DNA from: Bacillota bacterium
Lineage (GTDB): Bacteria > Bacillota > DTU025 > MWDF01
NCBI GenBank assembly: GCA_017994615.1
Contig: JAGOKM010000006.1
Span: forward strand, 1 to 32,000
Direction of reading: 5' to 3'
Length of the DNA: 32,000 nt
The position numbers and the translations under genes are program-made. Of the stretch, positions 7,481 through 15,259 are shown in pieces. Position 1 is the stretch's first letter; every line of letters begins with the position of its first letter. Below the pieces are notes generated by a model. That model was not told the origin of the DNA and made no database searches. It worked only from the letters and a program-made list of their open reading frames with translations.

Positions 7481-8200
7481 TTACAGGTCGAACTCCTCGC
7501 CCAGATAGAACCTCCTGGCCAGCGGGTCCGCAGCCAGCTGCTCAGGTGAGCCCGATACGAGTATTTTCCCTGAATACATTATATACCCTCTGTCGGTTAT
7601 CGCCATCGTGTCGCGGACGTTGTGGTCGGTTATCAGCACTCCCAGGCCCGCGGCCTTCAGCTTCCTCACTATGCCCTGTATCTCCAGCACTGCCAGGGGG
7701 TCGACACCGGTGAAAGGCTCGTCTAAAAGCAGGTAAGACGGAGACGTGGCAACGGCCCTGGCTATCTCTACCCTCCTGCGCTCGCCGCCTGAGAGCGTAT
7801 ATCCCATCTGCCTTGCGACTTTTCCCAGGTTGAACGACTGCATAAGGTTGTCGGCCCTCTCCTTGATGCTCTGCCTCGGCAGCTTCATGGTCTCCAGGAT
7901 GGCGAGGATGTTCGCCTCGACGCTCATGCGCCTGAATATTGACGGCTCCTGGGCGAGGTAACCTATGCCCAGCTGGGCTCTCATGTGCACCGGCATATTT
8001 GTCGCATCCCTGCCGTCCACCTCGATCCTGCCGGAATCCGGCGGCTCCAGCCCCAGGAGCATATAGAAGGTTGTGGTCTTGCCTGCCCCGTTCGGGCCGA
8101 ACAGGCCGACTACCTCCCCCTTTTCCAGCTTGAAATCCACGCCGTCCACCACCTTGCGGCCTGAGAACGACTTGGTCAGACCGGATGCCGAGATGCCCAT
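7481..8200 (-). CDS. lptB: LPS export ABC transporter ATP-binding protein LptB
   Basis: 239 codons with ATG at 8200 and RBS GGAGGT. Walker A GPNGAGKTT, Q-loop YLAQE, ABC signature LSGGERRR, Walker B LLLDEP. It sits directly after lptC-lptA, the same order as in E. coli. Confidence 0.9.
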   Translation of the reverse strand: MGISASGLTKSFSGRKVVDGVDFKLEKGEVVGLFGPNGAGKTTTFYMLLGLEPPDSGRIEVDGRDATNMPVHMRAQLGIGYLAQEPSIFRRMSVEANILAILETMKLPRQSIKERADNLMQSFNLGKVARQMGYTLSGGERRRVEIARAVATSPSYLLLDEPFTGVDPLAVLEIQGIVRKLKAAGLGVLITDHNVRDTMAITDRGYIMYSGKILVSGSPEQLAADPLARRFYLGEEFDL

Positions 8201-8220
8201 CGCCTACCTCCGCATGGTTC

Positions 8221-8883
8221 CTATACAGTGAAGTTGATCTCTATCTTCTCGCCTTCTGCCTCGAAGGTCTCCTTGTCGGTGTAGATAATCGCGCTGTCAG
8301 ACTTCACAGTGTCTCCGTCCACTGTGGTGATTACTACGCCCTTCGTCAAGGTCATCTTGCTCTCCGCATCGATGTACCTGGCTTCTGCGGCCTGAGCTTT
8401 CTGCTTGTCCTTCGTAATTGTGACGCCACCGGTCGCCGTGAAGTCGTTGGTGTTGATGTCTATCTCCATCCTCTGCGTAAGCAGTACGATGACGTCTTTG
8501 AGGGGTTTGCCTGCCGCGTCCTTTTCGGCCAGCTCCTCTGTCAGCTCTAGCTTCACATTGCCTGTGACGGTCATCTTCTCCGTCTTGAAGTCGGCGGTCA
8601 TCACGTTTGCCGTGATTACGATGTCGTCCTGGACGATCCTGACCCCTGTGTCTATCTTCGCAATCTTGGTGTCGCTGTTGAAAAGGAGCTTCTCCGCATA
8701 GATGAACGTGGTCCCGTATTCGATCTTGACGTTGCCCTCGACCATGGCGTCGCCCTTCTGGCCCTGGTAGTTCAGCTTCTTGGTCGCGGTTATGATGACC
8801 TGTTTGGCCGCCAGAGCCCCTGACGCGACAACAAGCACTAGTATAGCTGCCAATATCATTGTCCCGGTCTTCGTCCTATACAT
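8221..8883 (-). CDS. lptA: LptA-like periplasmic LPS-transport protein (OstA-like beta-jellyroll)
   Basis: 220 codons. Cleavable signal peptide (ILAAILVLVVASGALA-AK). Repeated GNVKI/GNVKL/GGVTI beta-strand motifs typical of the OstA/LptA fold. Located between lptC and lptB. Confidence 0.7.
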   Translation of the reverse strand: MYRTKTGTMILAAILVLVVASGALAAKQVIITATKKLNYQGQKGDAMVEGNVKIEYGTTFIYAEKLLFNSDTKIAKIDTGVRIVQDDIVITANVMTADFKTEKMTVTGNVKLELTEELAEKDAAGKPLKDVIVLLTQRMEIDINTNDFTATGGVTITKDKQKAQAAEARYIDAESKMTLTKGVVITTVDGDTVKSDSAIIYTDKETFEAEGEKIEINFTV

Positions 8884-8897
8884 TTCACTGCCCCTTT

Positions 8898-9545
8898 CTA
8901 GAGGTCGATGACAATCCTCAAGGGTCCGATGATCTCCATCTCGCGCCTTGTTACCGAATACCTCATGTTCCCTGCCGTTATGCTGACATTGTCGCCCTGC
9001 TTTGCTATGATGTCCGCCGTCGTATATATGTATTCGTCGTTAAGGTCCACGACCAGGTCCTTCGCCTTGACGGTGCCGCCGTCGGCAGTCACTTCCGCAT
9101 AGCCGGGGATGTGCACCTTCTGGGTGGCAGGGTCCCATGACATGGATTCTGTGGTCATGAGAGTTTTCCCTTCGGATGAGACGACCACCCCTTCGGTAAA
9201 CTGCATGCGGTTCCTTCCGTCCACGCTGGCCCTGCCTGCCTTGAAACCTAGGTAGGGGCCCTGCTGCCTGTAGATTACCCCTTTTGTGATATTGTTCAGC
9301 ACGGCGTTCCTTCCGAACCTCGGAAGCTCCATGCTTTCGACCTCCATCTCCCAGACCTTCTCGCCGTCGGCCCAGCTGGACATCGAAAGGCCCTTGATGA
9401 GGACCTCGGGCATCCCTTCCTGCCCGGGCGGCGCTTCTGTGGCCTGCAGGGGGTCTGTCGATTCCCTCACGAAGCCGTAGTAATACATGGCCGCAAACGC
9501 TACGGCCAGAACTGCGAATGCCGCGATGCCCGCCTTAAGGTTCAA
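8898..9545 (-). CDS. lptC: LptC-like membrane-anchored LPS-transport protein
   Basis: 215 codons with a TTG start at 9545. An uncleaved N-terminal TM anchor (GIAAFAVLAVAFAAMYYYGF) is followed by a beta-rich periplasmic domain. Its position immediately upstream of lptA-lptB fits LptC. Confidence 0.6.
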   Translation of the reverse strand: MNLKAGIAAFAVLAVAFAAMYYYGFVRESTDPLQATEAPPGQEGMPEVLIKGLSMSSWADGEKVWEMEVESMELPRFGRNAVLNNITKGVIYRQQGPYLGFKAGRASVDGRNRMQFTEGVVVSSEGKTLMTTESMSWDPATQKVHIPGYAEVTADGGTVKAKDLVVDLNDEYIYTTADIIAKQGDNVSITAGNMRYSVTRREMEIIGPLRIVIDL

Positions 9546-9569
9546 GGTTCACCTTGCCTCCTGCCTGCG

Positions 9570-12500
9570 TCAGTTGAACAGCGTCCAGTCCCCGGTGCCT
9601 ATGCCGAGAGGGACATCGGGGAAAGCCTTGATCTTGAGGTTTACGAAGAACCTCTGCTCCACTGCCTGGTATCCTGCCGTTATCTCCCTGCAGTGCAAGT
9701 CCTTGGTTATGGCGAAGTCCGCCTTCCTAAGCCCTTCCCGCGCAACGTCGTAGATGAGCGCCCATACCAGGCGCCATTCCTCAAGGAACTTGAGGTCCCC
9801 GCTGGTCTCCACCTTGCTTATCTTCCCTGTCGACCCGTTGTATTCGGCCCCGAACTTCAATGCCACCTCCGGCACAGGCTTCAGGGTAAGGCGCGCGGTG
9901 AGAGTCGACAGTCTGAACAACGGAAGCGAGAACCTGGTCGTCACATCGGCCTGGTACTTGTCCTCATACTTGTAACCTACCGAAGCTGCGAAGCTGTCGT
10001 ACGTGGACTTCAGGAAATCATAGCCTGTGGAAGCGGCCAGCGTCACTCCGTAGAAAGTGGCTGAAGTCGAGCCTGTTATCTTGTTCCTGTCTCCGGCGCT
10101 GTCGAACCTGAAAGGCGTGCTCCCAAACCCTTTCGCATAGTCGTAGGACAGCTTTATGTCCCAGCCCTTCACGGGTTTGACTGTCAACGATGTGGAAACT
10201 CCCAGCCTGGTCCTGGCGTTTCCCGTTGTGTACAGGCTGCCAAGGAATGACCCGGACAGGTCGAAGAATCCATATCCCCAGAGGTTCATCCGGTCCAGGG
10301 ACAGCGAGATGTCGGCCTCGCCCTTGCCTGCGTCAAGGAACTCTACCGGATCGGTGTTCAATATCCTTTCGACGTACCTGCCGGCCGTCACCTTGACAGC
10401 GATCCCTGCAGGCAGCGAGCCCAGTTGCGTCCTGAACATCTCCATCTGCAGCTCCGGAAGCCTTTTCAGCGATGAGAGCACCACAGTCTGCTTCTCGTCC
10501 ATCGTCTCGGCGGACTGCAGGTTCAAGGTCAGCCTCCCCGACTTCTGCGAATGGACGAGGCTTGCCTTGTAGTTGATGCTCTCCATGCTCTTCGCCCCGT
10601 CTATCCCGGTCAGGCGGTAGCTGACATTGCCGCTCAGCTTAAGGCCCTCTGCCAGGTCGGAGCTGTGGTTCGCCGAGATGCTCAGCGTGGATGTGTCCTG
10701 CGCCGCATCCCTGAACCTGTACGAAAACTGCGCCGAAGTCCTGTCCTTGGCAGCGCTCCTGTCGAGCTTCAGCTCAGCGTATTGCTCGTCTGTGAGAATC
10801 CCGGCGCCGTCGGAGGACCCCTTGATGGAATACTTGACCGATGCGGTTATGCCCAAGGGTAGCCTGACGGCCTGGGAGATCTCGGCGTTCCAGCTTGCTG
10901 CAGTGGAAGTCAGGCTCTTGAGACCATAAAGGCTGTAGTATCCGTCGCCTTTCCCCTCTATCGTGTAATCATGCCGCAATCCGGCGCCTATGCCGCTTAT
11001 CTGGAAGAAGTCGAGCCTGATCGTAAGCTTGCCGGCGTCATCCAGAGGCCTTCTGAAGGTGTTCTTCACGTAAACGCCGTCGGCGCTGCTCCAGCCGAAT
11101 TCGGGGAGCGTGATCCTCTCCTGCTCCTTCAGGGGTATGGTGAGCACGGGCAGCTTCAGCAGCCTCATGTTCGCCTCGAAATAGGACACGTTCCTGGCGA
11201 TGATGTAGTCGCCCTCCACGAACTCTATGCTCTCAGCCTCTATCCGGTAGTGGGGCTGAGGTAGTTCGCAGGTCGTGAGATACCCTTCACCCAGCTTGTA
11301 CGACCCGTCCTTCTGGGTGAACTCCGCGCCGTTGAGGTATATGTATCCTTTGACCCTGTCGTCGCTGATCCTGCCCTCGAAGTTCTCGAAAGAGACCTCT
11401 CCTGTCCTTATGTCGACGTACGCCTTTTCGGAGGATACGACGCTGTCCCCCGTCTCTACGGTGACTATCCCTTTGAGCTCGGCCATGCCTGTCGTGACAT
11501 CTATCTGCGCGCTCCCTGCCTTGATGAGATAGCCCTCGAAGGAGATGACGACGTCTCCCTCCGCCCTCCAGACGTCCCCTCCGTCGTAGTAAATCCTTCT
11601 GGCGCTGACTTTGACGTTGGTCCCTGCGGCGGACGCCCCCCATGGGGCTGAAAGGACAAGCGCCGCTGCGAGCAACAACGCCAAGGCCGGCAGCCTCGGC
11701 TTGAACCTGGGCTTACGGCCCATCCTCCTTGAATCAGCCCTTATCAACAGGATTACGGCTGCGAGGGCGAACGCGATGTCCGCCGACCAGGCCGCCAGCC
11801 AGGGCTGGATCCTGGTCGCCTGCAGCATTCCGTAGGACCTGACCACCGATTCGAACACGAAGTACAGCGTCACTATTACAAGCCCGGCTCCTATGCTGTA
11901 GACGGCTCCACCTCTTCTCGGACTCCTCAGCGCAAGTGGCACGGCAAGCACCGCGAAGATGAGCGATGAAAGCGGCTGTGCGAGCTTGAGGTAATAGTCT
12001 ATCATCAGGTTCTTGGCCTTGATACCGCTCTTTGTGAATAGGGCTATGCTCTCCCTGAGGTCCTTCATGGACATCTCGGACGTAGTCCTCCCCGAGTTCG
12101 TATACTCGGTGACGGCCCTTTCCATCCTGATTTCCAGCACGTCGAAGTGCGCCGTCGATACGACCCTTCCGTCCTGGCCGCATTCGTGGATGTTGCCGTT
12201 CTCGAAGGCCCAGACGCCGGAATCGGCCTTGCCCTTGGCTGCGGTGATCAGCTGGGGATACCTTCCGTAGCCTATGTCGTATATCATCACGTCCTGGACC
12301 GTGGCCCGGTCATCGCTTATCCGGCCGATGTAGAAGAACTTATTGTCCGGCCCCCTGAAGAAGACGTTGTTTTCTATGCTTGGGATGCTGTCGCCCAGGA
12401 TCATCCTGTTGACGATGTTCCTGGATTCGAGGTTGGCCTTCGGCGCCACCTGGTCTCCCATGTAGAAGCCGAAGAGGCTGATTGCCGCCGAAAGGATTAT

Positions 12501-12809
12501 AAGGGGAAGGGCGATCCTCGACAACCTGAGGCCCGCCGCCCTCATGATCGAAAGCTCGCTGTCCTTGGATAACCTGCCCAGGCTGAGCAGTACGCCGAAG
12601 AGGGTGGCAAAGGGAAGCACCTGAACGATTGCCGCAGGCATGTTGTAGATGACGAGCTTCATGACAGTCCCGATGGGCGTTCGCTTGACCACGACCATCT
12701 CTGCCAGCCAGTATAGCTGGACGCTGAGGGATATGACTATGAACGCGGTTATCGCCGCCAGGAAGGGGCCGAGGAACTCCCGCGTTACATAACGGTCAAG
12801 CTTCCTCAT
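9570..12809 (-). CDS. in-frame fusion: LptF/LptG-family permease (res 1-362) + signal-peptide-like TM (363-394) + LptD (OstA N-domain and beta-barrel, 395-1078)
   Basis: This is a continuous 1079-codon ORF.
- The N-terminal part starts MRKLDRYVTREFLGPFL, has six hydrophobic segments and a periplasmic beta-jellyroll insert (res ~120-270), as in the YjgP/YjgQ (LptF/G) family.
- The C-terminal part carries OstA-like strands (WRAEGDVVISFEGYLIKAGSAQIDVTTGMAELKGIVTV), the LptD-like TTCELPQPHYRIEAESIEF motif, and ~500 aa of beta-barrel-like sequence. Confidence 0.8.
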   Translation of the reverse strand: MRKLDRYVTREFLGPFLAAITAFIVISLSVQLYWLAEMVVVKRTPIGTVMKLVIYNMPAAIVQVLPFATLFGVLLSLGRLSKDSELSIMRAAGLRLSRIALPLIILSAAISLFGFYMGDQVAPKANLESRNIVNRMILGDSIPSIENNVFFRGPDNKFFYIGRISDDRATVQDVMIYDIGYGRYPQLITAAKGKADSGVWAFENGNIHECGQDGRVVSTAHFDVLEIRMERAVTEYTNSGRTTSEMSMKDLRESIALFTKSGIKAKNLMIDYYLKLAQPLSSLIFAVLAVPLALRSPRRGGAVYSIGAGLVIVTLYFVFESVVRSYGMLQATRIQPWLAAWSADIAFALAAVILLIRADSRRMGRKPRFKPRLPALALLLAAALVLSAPWGASAAGTNVKVSARRIYYDGGDVWRAEGDVVISFEGYLIKAGSAQIDVTTGMAELKGIVTVETGDSVVSSEKAYVDIRTGEVSFENFEGRISDDRVKGYIYLNGAEFTQKDGSYKLGEGYLTTCELPQPHYRIEAESIEFVEGDYIIARNVSYFEANMRLLKLPVLTIPLKEQERITLPEFGWSSADGVYVKNTFRRPLDDAGKLTIRLDFFQISGIGAGLRHDYTIEGKGDGYYSLYGLKSLTSTAASWNAEISQAVRLPLGITASVKYSIKGSSDGAGILTDEQYAELKLDRSAAKDRTSAQFSYRFRDAAQDTSTLSISANHSSDLAEGLKLSGNVSYRLTGIDGAKSMESINYKASLVHSQKSGRLTLNLQSAETMDEKQTVVLSSLKRLPELQMEMFRTQLGSLPAGIAVKVTAGRYVERILNTDPVEFLDAGKGEADISLSLDRMNLWGYGFFDLSGSFLGSLYTTGNARTRLGVSTSLTVKPVKGWDIKLSYDYAKGFGSTPFRFDSAGDRNKITGSTSATFYGVTLAASTGYDFLKSTYDSFAASVGYKYEDKYQADVTTRFSLPLFRLSTLTARLTLKPVPEVALKFGAEYNGSTGKISKVETSGDLKFLEEWRLVWALIYDVAREGLRKADFAITKDLHCREITAGYQAVEQRFFVNLKIKAFPDVPLGIGTGDWTLFN
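11628..11723 (-). other. internal signal-peptide-like / seventh TM segment at the LptF/G-LptD junction
   Basis: Codons 363-394 encode MGRKPRFKPRLPALALLLAAALVLSAPWGASA. This has a basic n-region, a hydrophobic core and an A-x-A motif. The in-frame ATG at 11723-11721 is immediately preceded by AAGGAGG. Confidence 0.7.
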
Positions 12810-12837
12810 GGCTGAACTGCCTTTCGATTATGTGAAT

Positions 12838-12865
12838 AGAGGGGCGCAGTCAATTGCGCCCCTCT
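12838..12865 (-). terminator. GC-rich hairpin between skp and the lptF/G-lptD ORF (weak or partial terminator, or RNA-processing element)
   Basis: 11-bp perfect stem (agaggggcgca 12838-12848 pairs with tgcgcccctct 12855-12865) and a 6-nt loop. On the minus strand it is followed by ATTCACATAA, which is not a real U-tract. Confidence 0.35.
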
Positions 12866-12885
12866 TCAAAGGAAACTGCAGCCTG

Positions 12886-13344
12886 CTACTTCGTTGCACC
12901 CTTGGCGAGGACGGCTGCGGTCATGTCCATTCCGCCTTCGATGACTATCGAGCTGTTGAGTATCACAGTGACGCCCATTTCCTTTGCGACTGCCTTGACT
13001 GCCTCTTCCAGCTTTGCGTATGCCGGATCGAGAGTCTTCTTTGCATAGTCGTTGTAGCTGGCGTTGTACTGCTCTACGAGCTTGTTCTTGGTGTCAGCGT
13101 CCTGGCCCTCCGCCTTCTTGTTCAACTCCGTCTCAAGGGCCGCCTTCTTGCTGGCGACCGCCGCCCATGCCGTCTTCAGGGCCGGGAACTCCGAGTTGAG
13201 CTTGTCGGTATCGATATGGCCGATGACTGCATATTCCGGGGCCGCGCCTGCCTTTCCGGTGGTTACGTTGCTGATCGTGGCGGCTATGGCGACCAGGGCA
13301 ATGGCCATGACAATCGCCGTGGTGTTCCTGAAAAGGTTCTTCAT
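12886..13344 (-). CDS. skp: Skp/OmpH-family periplasmic chaperone
   Basis: 152 codons with a signal-anchor-like N-terminus. The helical, Lys/Glu/Ala-rich body (KKAALETELNKKAEGQDADTKNKLVEQYNASYNDYAKK) is typical of OmpH. It lies immediately downstream of bamA, the conserved bamA-skp arrangement. Confidence 0.75.
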   Translation of the reverse strand: MKNLFRNTTAIVMAIALVAIAATISNVTTGKAGAAPEYAVIGHIDTDKLNSEFPALKTAWAAVASKKAALETELNKKAEGQDADTKNKLVEQYNASYNDYAKKTLDPAYAKLEEAVKAVAKEMGVTVILNSSIVIEGGMDMTAAVLAKGATK

Positions 13345-13391
13345 TCGGGTTTGACCTGCCTCTCATTAGTTAATTTCATACAACAAATTTT

Positions 13392-13420
13392 ATTATAGAA
13401 CTTAGGGCCCCTATTGTCAT
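13392..13420 (-). promoter_or_regulatory. candidate sigma70-type promoter upstream of skp
   Basis: The minus strand reads ATGACA (13415-13420), exactly 17 nt of spacer, then TATAAT (13392-13397). It sits in the 83-nt AT-rich gap between the bamA stop and the skp start, giving a ~40-nt leader. Confidence 0.5.
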
Positions 13421-13427
13421 TCACATA

Positions 13428-15134
13428 TTAGAACGTATGCCCGAAGCCGAAATACACCCGGCCCTCTCCGTTGGACACTCCGTAGTCCAGCCTCACCATC
13501 CCGAGTATCGGTATGTTCACCCTCGCGCCTATGCCCACACCGTACTTCAGGTTGTCCCATGTGAACTTATCGCCCTTGCTCCAGGTCTCCCCGAGGTCGA
13601 AGAACACGACGCCTCCGATCACGTCCTCATAGATCCTGAACCTGTACTCCGCGTTGGCGAACGCAATGTAGTCTCCGCTTAAAGGCACTTTGAGCCCCCT
13701 TAGGTTGGTGCCGCCTCCGAGAAGGAAGGCCGCATGCTCTGGAAGCGCAGGGAAACCGCCGCCGATGCCTATCCTGCCCGCTATTACGTGCCCGTCCTTG
13801 AACTCATAGTACCCGGTGGTCTGCGCATAGAGCTTCGTGAAGTTGTCGTCGCCCCCGAGTATCCCGCCTGCGAACTCGGTCGACGCGAATACTGTGTAAC
13901 CTTTGGTGGGGCTTATGAAATCGTCCCTCGTGTCGCGCGTCAACGACAGGGTAAAGCTCCTGGTGGAGGAGTCCTGTGGAACCGCAGGGTCGGGCACTTC
14001 GGTGTCGTTGCTTATGAAATCGAGCCTGAAGGATGCGTTGGCCTTAGTGTACAGGTCGAAATAGTAGCCGATCCATGCGTTGCCGCCGGTGCGGTACTGC
14101 TTGTATGTCAGGTCGCCCTCAGGGCCTTCAGGGTCATACTCGATGGTCTTGTTGGCCATCCTCCGGTATATGTCCAGGCCGGCTTCCAGCTTGTCGGTGA
14201 AAAGGTAGGGCGTAGATACGCTGAACTCCCCCGTGACGAGCTTCTCCTTGCCGCCTGCCTCGAGCCTTCCTGACACTTTTATACCGTAGCCGAATATGTT
14301 CTTGTCGGAGATCTCGACGTAGCCTATGAGGCCTTCGGACGAGTTATATGTGGCCCCCACGTTGAATAGGCCTGTCTGGCTCTCCTTCACCACGAATACG
14401 ACGTCGGCGTATGGCCCCTCTTCCACGGGTTTGAGCTCCACTCCGACCTCGTCGAATATGCCTGTGTTGTAGATCCTCCTGCTGTCGTCCGAGATGACGC
14501 CCATGTTTATGAACTCGCCCTCTGTGAGCCTGATGTTCCTCCTTATGATCTCTTCCTTCGTCTTTGAGTTCCCTGAGATCACTACAGAGCCGACCTTCCA
14601 CTCCAAGACTTTGACGACGACGGAGCCGTCCATGCTGATCTCCGGCTCAAGGCTCGCTATGTATCCCTTTTCCTTATACAGCCCTACTATCCCGTCGAGG
14701 TCAGCCCTCAATGTGTTTGCATTGATCATCTTTCCGACCACGGATTTCATCCTTGAGAGAAGTTCGTCCGTGCTCATAAGGGTGTTGCCGGTAACCTCTA
14801 TGCTTTTCAGGTCGGGGAACTCGAGCACCGTTATGATGAGCTTTATCCCGCCCAGGAATACCTGGGAGCGGGCCCCCAGGTCCGCGAAGTGCCCGCTTGC
14901 CTGAAGAGCGGCGAACGCCTTGTCGAGGTCCTGCTGGGTCAGTTCCATACCGATGGTCAGCGGCACGAGGCCCTTTATGTAGGCTGAATCCAGCTTCTTG
15001 TTCCCCTCTATCTCTATGCCGGCAAGCCTGCCGTAAGACTGCTCAGCTGCAGCAGCCGGCAGGGCCAGCGCCAGTGCCAGTGCCAATCCTAGTGTCAGCA
15101 GGGCCAACGTCCTGCCCTTGCGGCTTTTAAACAT
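13428..15134 (-). CDS. bamA: outer-membrane protein assembly factor BamA (Omp85), three POTRA-like repeats
   Basis: The ORF track starts at 15200. The ATG at 15134 (MFKSRKGRTLALLTLGLALALALALPAAAAE) has AGGAGGT (15141-15147) 6 nt upstream and gives a proper signal peptide. There are three ~75-aa POTRA-like units, then an Omp85 barrel with GGGTNLRGL and the C-terminal RVYFGFGHTF. Confidence 0.9.
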   Translation of the reverse strand: MFKSRKGRTLALLTLGLALALALALPAAAAEQSYGRLAGIEIEGNKKLDSAYIKGLVPLTIGMELTQQDLDKAFAALQASGHFADLGARSQVFLGGIKLIITVLEFPDLKSIEVTGNTLMSTDELLSRMKSVVGKMINANTLRADLDGIVGLYKEKGYIASLEPEISMDGSVVVKVLEWKVGSVVISGNSKTKEEIIRRNIRLTEGEFINMGVISDDSRRIYNTGIFDEVGVELKPVEEGPYADVVFVVKESQTGLFNVGATYNSSEGLIGYVEISDKNIFGYGIKVSGRLEAGGKEKLVTGEFSVSTPYLFTDKLEAGLDIYRRMANKTIEYDPEGPEGDLTYKQYRTGGNAWIGYYFDLYTKANASFRLDFISNDTEVPDPAVPQDSSTRSFTLSLTRDTRDDFISPTKGYTVFASTEFAGGILGGDDNFTKLYAQTTGYYEFKDGHVIAGRIGIGGGFPALPEHAAFLLGGGTNLRGLKVPLSGDYIAFANAEYRFRIYEDVIGGVVFFDLGETWSKGDKFTWDNLKYGVGIGARVNIPILGMVRLDYGVSNGEGRVYFGFGHTF

Positions 15135-15259
15135 CGAAGTACCTCCTGATGGTCGAGCTTCGTGGGGTGTACGCCCCTGTCTGCGCCAGAATGTCCGCAC
15201 TGCTGTTATTATCTAACGCACTGCCCGCAGAACACGTTCCCGCGCCTACTTTATATATT

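Noticed and set aside
11287-12183. Minus-strand alternative-frame ORFs (118 aa at 11287-11643 and 149 aa at 11734-12183) inside the lptF/G::lptD gene.
   Set aside because: Their products are Arg/Gly-rich and out of frame with a gene that shows clear family motifs. There is no independent start signal.
15135-15200. A 22-codon N-terminal extension of the bamA ORF (MRTFWRRQGRTPHEARPSGGTS).
   Set aside because: The downstream ATG at 15134 has a perfect AGGAGGT 6 nt upstream and yields a normal signal peptide. The extension has no RBS and would bury the signal peptide.
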